Below, in pieces: positions 28,647 to 41,363 of a stretch of DNA of 64,000 nucleotides. The notes below the pieces were generated by a model. That model worked only from the letters and a program-made list of their open reading frames with translations, had not been told where the DNA came from and ran no database searches. Where the stretch lies: contig OZ059899.1 in the NCBI GenBank assembly GCA_964057225.1, positions 15,128,001-15,192,000 of the forward strand. Reading direction: 5' to 3'. Made by a program: the position numbers and the translations under genes. The stretch comes from Auanema rhodensis (Eukaryota; Animalia; Nematoda). Numbering within the stretch: the stretch's first letter is position 1; each line of letters opens with the position of its first letter.

Positions 28647-31600
28647 CGTCTCTATATATCTTTTCCTTTAAATTACATCTTCTCTTCATGTTGTTCTTGC
28701 GGAAAAAAAATGATGTTCGAATAGCATTTCTTTATGATTCTTCCTTTCTTGAGCTCATTCTTACTTGCTCCCCTCGGGGCACATTAGCTTCTCCTATATC
28801 TGGTCTTCAGCTCACATTCTGAAGCAACTACTCCGCAATCTTCATCTCTGTTCATCAACGTAGGCAGACAGAAAAATATTCCGACAGTCGTTTTCGCATA
28901 TCATCTGCCTCATTTTGTCATTTTTCCTCTTTGATGCTCTTTTTTTCATTCTTTACTTTCACTTTCTACCTTTCTTTATCTCAGCTGATTTTTTTTTCTT
29001 GTCATTTGCCTTATCAGCTCAACTATTACCGTCATTTAGAACTATAAATATGATTGTTCATCTAGCTCTGATTCACATCAACCCTCAGATTTGTTTGTTT
29101 TTTTTCAAATTTTTAAGATTAAAAGTATATAAACGTTATTATATATTACAAATTATTATTATTTCAATTAAACATCTTTCTAAATTTCTATTTTATTGAT
29201 TTTCTTATTTCAAATCTTTCAAATTAAATGAAATTTACATATTTCACGTAAAATTCACGTGAGCTAAACTCACGTGAAACGTTATTTCATGTAGCAAATG
29301 TACGATGAACGGTTTTGTTTTTTGCTATTTTTCATCCAATAAAAATCTCGTTTTTTTAATTTTTTTGCACTTTCTTTCACTTTCTACACTCAATTTCAAA
29401 TTATTTGTACTTGTTAGCTCAACCGATTTGTCTACTTACATCTCATAGCCAACACCATACTCACATCAATCGAATTCAGATACTATCAATTGAAATGTAA
29501 TTTTGTTCGAAAAATCGTGTCAATCGTCTCACAGCCGGACACTGCCACATGCTCTTCCGCCTCACTTACCTAATTTGCCCTGCAGTCGGTTCGACGCACG
29601 ATTCTGATGCCGTCCCGACAACGACGTTAATCTATCTCATAGCTTCGACTAGATGACGTTGTGACGTGAAAACTGAAATCGCGGCAGATTCCGCAATTGC
29701 CACTTCATCCTTTCAAGAATATTGTTCGATTTCTAATCTGTCTACCAAGCATATGCTCATTACACGATCTAAATGTACTCCTATTTCAACCAAAATTTTG
29801 ATTAATTTCTATTAAAAATCTGTCCAATGATCTTCATCCTTGTCATTGCAAAATCACTATCGTTGTCCTATTCGTATTCCTTCCTCACATTTTTTCCTTT
29901 CAAATATTTTCCTCACTCCACGCTTTTCTTCTCTCTCTCTCTCTCTCTCTCTCTCCGGACACTTTTTCTCTCTATTCTTCTCACCTCTTTCTATATTCTA
30001 TTTCTCTTGTTTTTTTCCTTCATTTCTCTTTCAAATTTCTAATCTCTCTCAGTGAGAGTGGCCAACGATGACGAAGGTAAAAGCTGTGAGCAGCAAAAGA
30101 TTGCTGATGGGGGTGGCAGATGAGATATTACAGCCAATGTCTTGGTTGCTGTGTGCTCGACTTCGCCTTTTCTCTTTCATCAACAGATCTTAACTTCAAA
30201 CTTCACATAATACATCAATAGAAGTCGATTTGAATAATGAAAGTCACAAAGAGTGTCAAACTAGAGAAATAGGAAGAGAGCGATTGCGAGAGAGAGGGAG
30301 AGAGAGAAAGAGCGAGGTAGATAGAATGAACCATATCCTCTCAACCTGTTCTACTTAAACCTTTTTTCATATATTTTACTTAAACTTCTCATCTGTTATA
30401 ACCATTCTTTTCTTAACTGTTTCTCTCTTATTATTCTTTTTTTAATTTAAAAATTCAAATTCATTAGTTTAAAGCGACGTGACAAATGATAAACCGAAAA
30501 TATTTGGGAGAAACGGCCAAACCTCATACACCACCAGCGTTGCGGCCACTCTACAACTAGCACAACTACCACCACCACCGCCACCTTCAACTCGTCATGT
30601 TCGCCTTAACTATCCTGAACATTTTCATTTTTTTTATTTTAAAATTCAGAATATTTAATGATTTCTATATGTCTATCTCTTGTACATTGAAACATCAAGT
30701 ATGCAGTACGGATTATGCTTCTTTGAACAAATGAAATCCTTCACAATCAACTTCTCATTGGAAATTTGAAAAAATGTTCAAAGAAAGATGATTTCTTTTG
30801 CCTTAAGCCTTCAGACGTTCGTTTGTCTAATCTTTTTCTGTTCCGTTTCATCCATTAATTCTTTCTTTCTACCTGTGTTGCCTTAGGCAATAGGTCTCCT
30901 AATTTCTTTTTTCTCTCACATCCTCATCTTGTTGACCCTCCCCCTCCTACAGCTTCCGTTAACTATAGCCTGTCAATTTTTCTTTTTCAAATCTTTTCAT
31001 TTCAACATCTTTTATCTTTTTTTTAAAAATGTTCAACATCAACTTCTACTATATAGATATGCACATACTTTAACCCTACTTGATTGAATCCATAGATCGT
31101 TAAAACCATAGCCACAAGCTGTGTTTGAATCAACTCTCCTCACTCACACATGTTTCTACCAACGAAACGTCAGCTGAGTCTCTTCCTTCTCATTTCTCTC
31201 TAGCTTTATCCTCCTTTCCTTCGTCTTCTTTTTCATGTCAGTTTCCTTCTTCTTTGCTCTTTCCTCATTCACGTAGTTGTAGTTCTTAATCTCCATTCGT
31301 CTATTCCAAATCTTTAATTCTCCCATTACCTTCATCACATTTTGTTTTTGTTCGCTTAATTCTCTTGAAGCCGTCTAAGTGGACCTCAACCTTTTTGATT
31401 CCAAACGTCAACTTCAGAATTACCGTGCTCTTTGTCATCTTCTACGTCTTCTCTATCGTCTATTTTCTCGTCCTCATCATCGTTCATGATGTCGTCGACA
31501 TCATTGTCATTGTCATATAGGCAGACTTCTTTAGAATCACTGGTCTTCTCTGTATATCCTATCCATGCAACGCAACTGATAGACACACAGACATTCCCCT

Positions 31601-34600
31601 CAGACTTCCAGCAATGCCGGCGACGTGCATATGCCCCCCAGGGGTTGCTGATCCTGTGCTTTCCATCTTCTCAGTTTCTTTCTGCTTCTTTGTCTTCCTT
31701 TCGTTTTCTACTTCCTTTTCCTTACATAGGCATCAACTTCAAATCTCGCATCTTGCTCATGTTCAAATCTCAAAAAGCAAAATAGAGTATAAGGTCTTCT
31801 CTCAGCACACCCAGTAAAACATGCTTTGCACCACACAACGCCAAAAGCTGCCTCAAAGTGCCAGCTGTTGCTCATTGCCTTTCCATCTCTTATTTGCTCC
31901 TTGGCCACTCATTCTTTGTTCCAACGTTTCTTCTACTTTTCACCTTTTACCTAAATCATCATCTACCCTTTGCCTCTTTCTTCACTGCCTCACCCATACT
32001 CTTTCTCCCTCTTCTACGTTGAGTCTATCTCCTCCTGTGCCCTCCTTCATTCTTCACTCTCTCATCTATAGTCATGTCTTATTCAAAGTTATAACACTCT
32101 GTAGTCATTGACTAAACTACTAACTGACTACCTTTAAGAATTCAGTAAAGCTTATGCTTCGATTCATAACCTGAGGTCAACTAAACTTTAAATGTTTTTC
32201 TCGCTGGGTTCTTACTCTCTTTATCCACTCTCTCTCTTTCTCTTCCTCTCTCTCTCTCTCTCTCTGTCTCTTTCAATTTCTCTCTTTATTCTTATTTTTG
32301 CCATAATATCCCTTCCAGAAGTTTTCTTATTTCTCACCTGTTGTGAAATTGTTTCGTTGTTATTTCCTCTCCTTACTTTTCAATTTTTTGCTTGACCAAT
32401 TCATTTTTCCTTTTCCATACACCTATATATGCTGCTGTTTTCTCAACTTATAAACTGAATTCACTTCATACCTTGGTTGTTGTTGCTTTCACTACCAATC
32501 TGTATGACTTCAACTTCAAGTTTTATTTTTTAAAAAATAAAATCTGTTGATCTTTCTCAACTCATGCTTTTCACTTAATCTCTCTCACCCTCTTTGCTCT
32601 TCTCTCTCTCTTCTTCTCTTCTCTCAATATTACAATCTTATCTTCATCTGATTGTCTTTTAACTCATACTCATGCCATTAAATCCAACATTCTAAGCATT
32701 ATCAACCTCAAAAGCTTGTTCACCTTCTATCGTCGTGGAACTGCTTCAAACCAAATTATCATACATGTTATACTCGCAATCAATGTATCAATTATCAGTT
32801 TCAAGCTTTTCCATCATCATAGAGCGCAAACGTTTTTGTGACTGTCAGCACCATCATCAACAACGCTATCCACCATGTCTTTCCCATAGCTTCCTTGTCG
32901 TTGACGTTGTCATCATTGTCCTTCTGTTGTTAATACTTTAAGCCTTCAGAAGTTCTACACATCATGTCCATCAAGACGCCGTCTTAATTCCATTATAAAC
33001 GTTTCTGTACTTCATGTTGATATACATACATTTTACACTGACTGGGTGTCTTCCTCCCACCTAACCTCCCACCTTTCCACTAATTTCAAGCTTAACAACA
33101 TCAAACATATGCTCAAACAATTTCACCAATTAACTTTAATTATGCTAACTATAACAACCGTTTTCTTCTTTTCTACATTGCTTACATTCACATAAATCTG
33201 CCATATTCACTATTACCAATTCTATGTTTCGTTTTTTTTGCTGCTTTACATCTTTCTTTTTCTTTTTTTTTGTGAATTTGTGAGCAATTCCTCCAGTTTC
33301 CAACTGTGCCCTCGTCCTCTCTTTTGTCTTTTTTCTTGCTTCAATCCAACATCTTCAAACACAGCTTTTCGTTATATCCTAAATATATTTATATACTTTT
33401 CAACATCTTCTTTTTCTCCAACTTTACCACATTTCTGGTTGGAAAAAGTGTGAAATATCCGTACATATCCTCATCTCTAAACTAGCTTAACTGCACTTCT
33501 CTCATCCAAAACATTTCTTTTGTTAAATTAAAAGCATTTTTCTCGAAAAAAAAAACAAAAAAATCCTTACAAATAATTTTCATTCAGAGAACTAATCATC
33601 TACTATTTCAGCTAATCTTTGCCGGTGAATATACAAAAGCTATGAATAAGGATTGGCACAGTGACCATTTTTGTTGTTGGCAATGTGACCAAACATTAAC
33701 CGGCCAGAGGTATGAAATGCTGTTTTCAGCTGTTTTTTTTTTGTTTTTTTTTCATGAAAAATACTTCCATTCCTTATTTCTTTTATGTATTTGTGAAACT
33801 GAAACAATAAGATAGAAATCAAAACGAGAAGCTGCGAAAAGCTGCAAATCAGTGAAATAATCTGATGCGCATTGCCAGCAATAGCAGCAGCACTAGCATC
33901 AGAAGCTAGCCAGCAAAAGCAGCAACAGCAGCTTCGCTCAACAAAGCAGAAGACGTCATTGTCGACGACTTTAACCGACCTCTTCACAATTCTTCAGTTC
34001 GTTATGTTGAAATAATCTGCCTCGCATCAATCAATCCAAACTCCTTAGGGAATAAGCATATCTTTTGATTATTGTTTCGAACTCTGGCTATATATATCCG
34101 CCTTCCATTGAATGAAGCATCATTTTTTCTTGTTCAAACATAGAAAACTTCGAATAAGAAGAAGAAAACACAAGGAAATTGATGATGATGATGATGAAGA
34201 AGGAGAGAGAAAGGAAAACTTGGAAGTGGTGGGGGGAGAGAGAGATGTTATTGTTTTTATGATTTTGTGTTTCAACAAGTAAAAATGATGAAAAATCGTT
34301 TAGAAGAGAGAAGTTAAAATAAAGTTTTTTTTAAAAATGCTGTAATAACAATGCTTATTATCTAAGTTTTTGAGCATTTTCATAATCTTTATTTAAGTTT
34401 AATATATTATATAATTTATTCTTTTTCAGATATATAATGCGAGAAGAACAGCCATATTGCATCAAGTGCTATGAGGATGTTTTCGCTAATCAGTGTGATG
34501 AATGTGCTAAGCCAATCGGAATCGATTCTAAGGTTTGTTACTACAACATCATCTCATTGAATTATTTCTCAAAAATCTGAACTATGAACGTGAGCTACGA

Positions 34601-37097
34601 TTAGATTTCCTGTAGCTTACAACTTATAATCGATGTTTCAAGCTGCCTACTGACATCAGGTGTCTTGTCTTCATGTTTACCATGTCATGATGACCGATCT
34701 GGCTGTCATTGTGCTATGCATGCTTCAAAAAGATGGCATTCAAGCTTTAAGTTGATATATCCTGAAACTTTAAAAGTTGGAGTAAACAACAAAAACAAGA
34801 TTGTGTATGACGTCAGTATTTGTTGAGTAACAAAGCATTAACTTCCTATTTCTTATCATGCCATTGTCTTCCGTCAAAGGACACCTCCGAGACTTAACAC
34901 CCACAGATGTTCCTTCAAATCACCGTTTTTTTCCAGTTTAAGCATGCATATGTTCAATCATATACTTAAGGGTGTGGGACAGAAATTCTTTTTGGAACTT
35001 CAAGAAAGGCTATCTGCCCTTCTATCTATCTTGATGTCGAGACATCTATGTCTCATCATCAAACTTCAGATTTAGTTTCTCTAATTCTCTCGTCTCAACC
35101 TTCTGACGTCAGACAAACGACTTATAGCGTGATGTCATCGAGAATTCAATGAAAATTGTCTTTAGAAAACGCATCATTCCAGAGAATAACTTCAGATTCC
35201 AATCTGTCTCTCTCTCCCTCTCTCCCTCTCTCTGATTGTATAAGACACTTGTGGATTCACCATACTTCTTTGTGAAATCAGAATGCACTAACATCAGAAG
35301 CCAGTATACACTTTACTGTCAGGATTAGGGGCTTACATACGGCGTTAGAACAGTGTTGAACGAACATCACTCGTGTACACATATTAGACTAACTAATCAA
35401 CAGCACTTTGTAGCAGAGGATCATCTGTTTACCCTTTATTACAGTGTTTTTCAACATTTTTTGTTGAACTTTTAGTGCCAAGACACAATCAGTGTCAACT
35501 CGTCGTTGACTCTATTGTCATCAGAATTGTCCGTTTAGCATCTGATGACAATGTCTGCTTCCAAATCACACCTATTCAGACCTAAGGTTCTACCTTTTTC
35601 TACTTTCAGCAATTACCTTTTAGCACTTATATGTATGCATGTGTAAATATAGATTCTGTATAGTTATAACTAAGTTCTCAAAAGCATTATTGCAACTTTG
35701 TAATGATTTTACTTAAAGTTGTCTACATTAACATCTCCTGGTGATTCTATTCAATATGCTGCTGTATAGCACAACATCATGTTTAGAATATTATGAAATA
35801 TCTCCCATAATTATCCTCTTGTTAGACAAAAAAAAAACAGTTTCATAGCTTAGAAAACCCCTTTTGTATATAATATTTCAACTTCAACATGCTATTCAGT
35901 CAGTCAGCATATTTGAGTGAATAACATATATATAACTAACAACAAAATTATGCGAAAGATGCTTGAAATTCATAGTAAATCATAAAATAAAATGAGAAAT
36001 GCTAATCTGTACTGCCTTTCATACAAACTTTTTCGTTTTAGGATTTATCATATAAGGATAAGCATTGGCATGAGCAATGCTTTTTATGTAACATGTGCAA
36101 GATATCTCTAGTAGATATGCCGTTCGGAAGCAAAAACGATCGTATATTCTGCTCAAACTGCTATGATCAAGCATTTGCTACACGATGTGATGGCTGTAAC
36201 GAAATTTTCCGTGCAGGTATAGTTAAATATTTAATTTATCTATATAACAATATATTTAATTTTCTTCTTATTAAGGTATGAAAAAGATGGAATATAAGGG
36301 TAAACAATGGCATGATAAATGCTTCTGTTGTGCATTATGTAAAAATCCCATTGGAACAAAATCATTTATTCCTAAAAACGAAGATGTCTATTGTGGATCT
36401 TGCTATGAAGAAAAGTTTGCTACAAGATGTAATAAATGTAAAAAGGTAAATTTTTATTTTAATTACTATATACACGTGTTATTTGACGTGTTATTCCACG
36501 TGTTATTAATTTACGTGACTTTCACGTGAAATAAACGTGACGCTCACGTGTTTTTCATTTTAAAAAAAAGTAATACTGAGCGGTTGATTGTATTTTTATT
36601 TAATAATATTATGATGATGATTCTATGAATAATCTTTTTACAGGTTATAACTACTGGTGGTGTAACATATAAGAATGAGCCATGGCATCGCGAGTGTTTC
36701 TGCTGCACACACTGTAATGCTAGCTTAGCTGGACAACGTTTTACCAGTAAGGATGAGAAACCATATTGTGCTAATTGTTATGGAGAACTCTTTGCTAAGC
36801 GATGTAATGCATGTACCAAGCCTATTACCGGTACGTTTTTCGTTATTTCAATCTATTGAGATGCTGTATTGGCATCATCTCTAATTGAAACGAACTGAAT
36901 ATATAACTGAATATGATTATCTTGTAGGCATTGGCGGAGCTAAGTTCATCTCTTTCGAGGATCGACATTGGCATAATGACTGTTTCATGTGCGCTCAATG
37001 TACAACATCACTCGTTGGTAAAGGCTTCATCACAGACGGCACAGACATCTTGTGTCCGGAATGTGCTAAAGCTCGACTCATGGCAGCTAATTCATGA
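6581..37097 (+). CDS. lim-9: PET domain + six LIM domain protein (LIM-9 / Limpet / FHL2-testin family), 549 aa
   Basis: Hand-spliced GT-AG exons 6581-6681, 24275-24372, 24447-24541, 25556-25711, 25762-25842, 26805-26921, 27240-27338, 33612-33709, 34430-34532, 36042-36216, 36276-36445, 36644-36830, 36928-37097 total 1650 nt in one frame. Product has an N-terminal Cys/His motif ([19 protein letters not shown]), a PET domain (GYAWVPPGL...QLPRHD) and six LIM domains ([48 protein letters not shown]). TTTCAG ends at 6565, 15 nt before the ATG. Confidence 0.93.
14006..14340 (+). CDS. lim-9: Candidate alternative first coding exon of lim-9 (Ala/Ser/Thr-rich N-terminus)
   Basis: GC-richer [30 protein letters not shown]...QADIA ends GCC GT|gtaagg. 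This phase-2 donor matches the phase-2 acceptor at 24275. Confidence 0.7.
21621..21720. repeat. 10-bp minisatellite (CAGTTGAAGT)n, about 10 units
   Basis: tggttaaaat, cagttaaaat, cagttgaagt x4, cagttgaaat, cagttgaagt, cagttgaatt, cagttgaaat, read directly. Confidence 0.95.
25347..25493 (+). CDS. lim-9: Candidate internal alternative first exon of lim-9
   Basis: [31 protein letters not shown]...KYKE ends GAA|gtaatt (phase 0). A 62-nt intron then joins it in frame to the 25556 exon (VEDYMSQLP). Confidence 0.5.
36471..36552. repeat. Degenerate 11-12 bp ACGTG-core tandem repeat; largest member of a dispersed family
   Basis: Seven ACGTG cores at 36474, 36486, 36498, 36513, 36524, 36535 and 36546, inside a lim-9 intron. 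Confidence 0.85.
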
Positions 37098-38522
37098 CCA
37101 AAAAGCCGACAGATAATAACTCATAACTTGTCAAAATTTTTAAAACATACTTCTCATACTTAAATCACAAACTATTATATAATATTATCATTAAATCCAT
37201 GAATATATATATATATATATATATTCATGGGACAACACATGAAGCAATCGTTGACGATTGGCTTATCATCACACATACTCCAGCTTGTCCTCCACCTTTC
37301 CCTCTGCTGTCGTGGTTGTTGCTGAATTGTCTGGAGAACAGCTACTTTCCTAATACTTCACGTTGTCAAAGTTTTTCCCATTTGTATCGCAGCACTATAC
37401 TGAAGCACCGCGATCTTTCTACTACTTGTTTCTTATATTATCTTTCTTAACTATATATTATATATTATATTATAATGTTTTCCATACAAACACATTCGTC
37501 TTCTTTTCATTTTTCCCTCTTTCCCTCGTTTCTTCTGAAAACTCCTGTCTTCAACCAAACAACTTCTATATGCTGTCTTTACTCTTAGACAATCTTTTAT
37601 CATCTGGAATGGTTATACCACACTAGATTACGCTCAAATACATGGAAAAGCTTTTTTTTAAACTCTTTTCAAAGCCTTGACTCGCCCAGTCTGCTCATTT
37701 TTATAGAATATTTGATTGTCTTCAAAACGATTGTCAACTAAAAGCATCTAAATTCTTCAATTTTCTGTATTAAACCCAGCTCTTTTACTTTTCCATCGCA
37801 TTCGCTCTATCTCGTCTCAAGATTTTGGATTATCTTGTGCTCTCAAATTTTATATTTTTAAGTTAATTTGCTTCAATAGCTTGAGCAACTAAAAAACAAA
37901 TTCAAAGCTTGAGAGCAGATAGATGAATATGGTATTGTATGGCTGATCATGAAAAATGAAGGGAAAAGACAGAAAAGCAAAAGGAACGCCCAAGGAATGG
38001 GACGAAACCTTCGTTAGAGCAAAATTCCGGTGCAGTCCTATCAAATGCCTTTTGTTTAGCTGCAGTTTGACCAAAAAAGTGTATGGTTTAACCCTTAACC
38101 CTCTAAACTTAGTATGTTTAACTTAGCCTAATCAAGGGTATCAGCGCTATCCATCTAGTCACTTGTCGTTATTCATTTGTATTTTCGTTGTCCGCTTTGC
38201 CCATCGCAATTTCCACAAAAAGGAGAAACGGATCTGGCTGCTTTTCCCTCTCTCTCACTCTCCCTCTTTTCTCTCTCTTAGTCACTCTTGAAAATGCCTG
38301 TAAACATCGAAAACCTAGCTTCATCACCATTTTGCATTAAGGGCAAGCTCTTCCTAGAACATATAATGTATATAATAATCCCTGCTTTCTTATCTTCTTC
38401 ATCGTCTCCCTCTTCTTATGATTCAGTTCTAAATCAGAGACACTGATTAGTTATGAACCTTTTAGACTTTATATGTGTGTCTGTTTCTTATCTATTCATA
38501 TTGAATTCGTCATTTTAAATTG

Positions 38523-38528
38523 AATAAA
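38523..38528 (+). terminator. Probable polyadenylation signal of lim-9 (implies a ~1.45-kb 3' UTR)
   Basis: AATAAA at the end of the U-rich stretch after the 37097 stop, just before the convergent lpd-6 3' end. Confidence 0.5.
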
Positions 38529-38819
38529 TTGCATTTATGTTGTCTTATCTAGTACTCTTTGAAAGAAAAGGAATTCAGAAAATGCACGAAAGAGAAAGAA
38601 CATCAAAGATTGACTTCATACAAATATGAAAAGCGATAACATCTCAAGAATAAGTACAAAATCTCCCGAAGGAAAATAGAGAGCTTGTGGCTCATAACAA
38701 CAACAACAATAACCATACAACAAAACGCAAACTACGCTGCGTAAAGTAACAAGCAAACGTAACAAAACAATTATTTTAAAATTTTAAAAAATCAAAAAAT
38801 AAGACCCAGGGTCTCTCAT

Positions 38820-41363
38820 TTATCGGCTGTAATCTAAGCTCCTGCCACCGCGGTCACCTCCACGACCACCTCTGAAGCCTCCACCACCTCGGCCACCTCT
38901 GAAGCCTCCACCTCCTCTGCCACCTCTGAAGTCGCCACCTCCACGACCACCTCTGAAGCCTCCACCGCCTCGACCACCACCGAAACCGCCACCGTCACGT
39001 CCTCTGAAGCCTCCGCCACCGTCACGTCCTCTGAATCCTCCGCCACCGTCACGTCCTCTGAAGCCTCCACCACCACGGCCGCCTCTGAAGTCTCCGCCGT
39101 CACGTCCTCTGAAGCCTCCTCCGCCTCGGCCTCCTCTGAAGTCTCCGCCGTCACGTCCTCTGAAGCCTCCACCACCACGACCTCTGAAGCCTCCACGGAA
39201 GTCTCCACCACCACTATCACGACCTCTGAAGCCACCACGGAAGTCTCCACCGCCTCGGCCACCACGGAAGTCTCCACCGCCTCGGCCACCACGGAAGCCA
39301 CCGCTATTTCGACGGAATCGCTTTCCAGAATCATCGCCGTCTTCATCATCGTCACCGCGGTATCCACGTCTTTTGAAACCGTAACTACCGCCTCCTTCTT
39401 CTTGCTGCTTCTCTTCACTGAAAAGGCAGAATAAATAAAATCAGAAACCATTCAATCTAACCGCTCTCGGTTCATAGCAATTTCCCTGTCTTTTTCACGC
39501 TGGTTCTCGATATCTTCAGCCTGTCCTGTAGCTGCAGCTTGCTGTCTAGCAGCCTTCTCAACAATAGTCTTGACTTCAGCTTCCTAGAATTCAGAATTAA
39601 ATACGAAATGAGGAGCTCTAGTACGAAAACAAACCTCTCTGTCCTGGCTCTCTTTAACGGCGGTCAAGCGACGCACAATTCTATGAGTCTCATCTTTTTC
39701 CTTTTGCTTCTTGATTTTTCTAAAATTAAGAAACACAAATAAAGCAAAATAAGAGAAATACATACTTCAAGACTTGAGCCTTCTTACGAGTAGCCAAAAT
39801 TTCTTCGTTGCTCTTGTCAATGTATTTATGATACAATACCTCTCCCTCATCAATTCCTTCTTCGATTTTAAGCAATTCCAAAGTAATTCTAGGACCAATT
39901 TCCATAAGTCTATAATATAACAGAATAGATTTCATAATAAGCGTCAATTATTACCTAACATTACTTTTCTGTCCAGTGATGCAGCCACCCTTTGCATTAA
40001 TATCTTGTGGCAATTCTACTTCCTGTTGTTCTCCTTCAAATTCACTCTCACTAAGTTGTCCAGGACTGAAATAAGAAAAATCTAATTTTTTTAGAAGAAC
40101 GATGAAAGTCGTTATAAAGGAATTTAGCAAAACAATTTAAAAAATAAACAAGAATTAGCATAAAAGAAAATCGTATTATAGTATGGTTAATTCAAAAACA
40201 TAGATCTTGTATCTTAAGAATTTCATAACTCAAACGCACTTCAAGAAGAAATCGGAAATGTCCTTGTAGCGAGAAAGATCGGGCACAGCTTTTGTTGTTA
40301 ATTTTTCAGCTTTCAATATTTTCTTTGTAGATTTACTGAGACCTGTTGCAACAACACGCAGGGCACTGAAATTTTCAATAGCTTTTAGGTAAACGAATGT
40401 ATTCTCTTACTAATGGCGGATATCGACAGTATCATCTTCCTCATTATAATTAACCATTAAACATCTTTTTACAGTTCGTAGATTAATCTGTGAAATGGAA
40501 CAAGTGATTAAACAAAATAAAGAAGAAGAATTTTACCGTATCAACATTAAGACTTGGAAACATATTCTGAATAAACGTTTGAGCTAATTGTAAATGTCTT
40601 TTCTCTTTATTGAATCCATTCATAACTACTAAGGGGAGACGTTGGAACAATTGTTCATAAATTACAGGCCTTTTTTGGGCTGATAATATATGTCGGGCGA
40701 TTGAATATTGTTTAACTGAAAAAAATTTAATATTCATTTTCCAATTACCAATAAACAGTAATAAATATTCGTACCTCTAAAAGTCAAAGTAGGTCCCTGA
40801 GAAAACCTCATCATTCTAAGTTGTACTGAAGTATCACCAAGTGTTAAAACCATCATATTCGTAACTCCAAGAACAGCTCCATTTACCAGAAAATCTTTAA
40901 TATTGTTATTCTTTCTTATCTGAAAATACAAAATTAGGTAAACTATTTGTATTTTAATATCACTTTCAAGCCTAAAGCAGTATTAGGAGCCATAATATTA
41001 CGTAGATCCCGTTCTAATGCTCTAACATATTTTCCTACTTTGCCACGATGAATAACAAGTGTATGAGGCTGGCTGCAAATTTAAATAAAATATTGTATCC
41101 TTACAAAAAAAAATAACTACATACCGAGCCAACTCCTTTTCTCTCAGATCAGCCGCTGTCTGCTTTTTCAGTTTTTCAATTTCCTTCTCTTGCTGATCCA
41201 AAATATCTCCATCTTCTTTCTTGGAAGCTCTCTGAATAAATTGCAAATTAATTATTAGTTATACCTCAATAAAAAAAACCTTAGATTTTCTGGCTTGGCC
41301 TATACCAAGTCTACCTTTGGCTGAAGCTTTAGCTGCCTTTGATCTACCCTTCTTACGAACCAT
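38820..41363 (-). CDS. lpd-6: Peter Pan / Ssf1 Brix-domain ribosome biogenesis factor with long C-terminal RGG/GAR tail
   Basis: Multi-exon minus-strand gene starting MVRKKGRSKAAK. Contains PHTLVIHRGKVG, NNIKDFLVNGAVLGVT, QGPTLTF, QNMFPSLNV, VPDLSRYKDISDF and RLMEIGPRITLELLKIEEG (Brix signature). Last exon has GGFRGGRGG/GGFRGRDGG repeats and ends RSLDYSR-TAA. Confidence 0.9.

Noticed and set aside
26-33987. Many ORF-track entries with SLSLSL/ERERER or F/L-rich translations
   Set aside because: They are translations of (CT)n/(AG)n microsatellites and poly-T intron sequence, with no splice or homology support.
36471-36552. CRISPR-like or tRNA interpretation of the palindromic repeats
   Set aside because: The DNA is eukaryotic, the units are 11-12 bp with no spacers, and there is no cloverleaf.
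38834-39451. 205-aa V/E/A/S-rich minus-strand ORF
   Set aside because: It is a shadow frame of the lpd-6 RGG-repeat exon.
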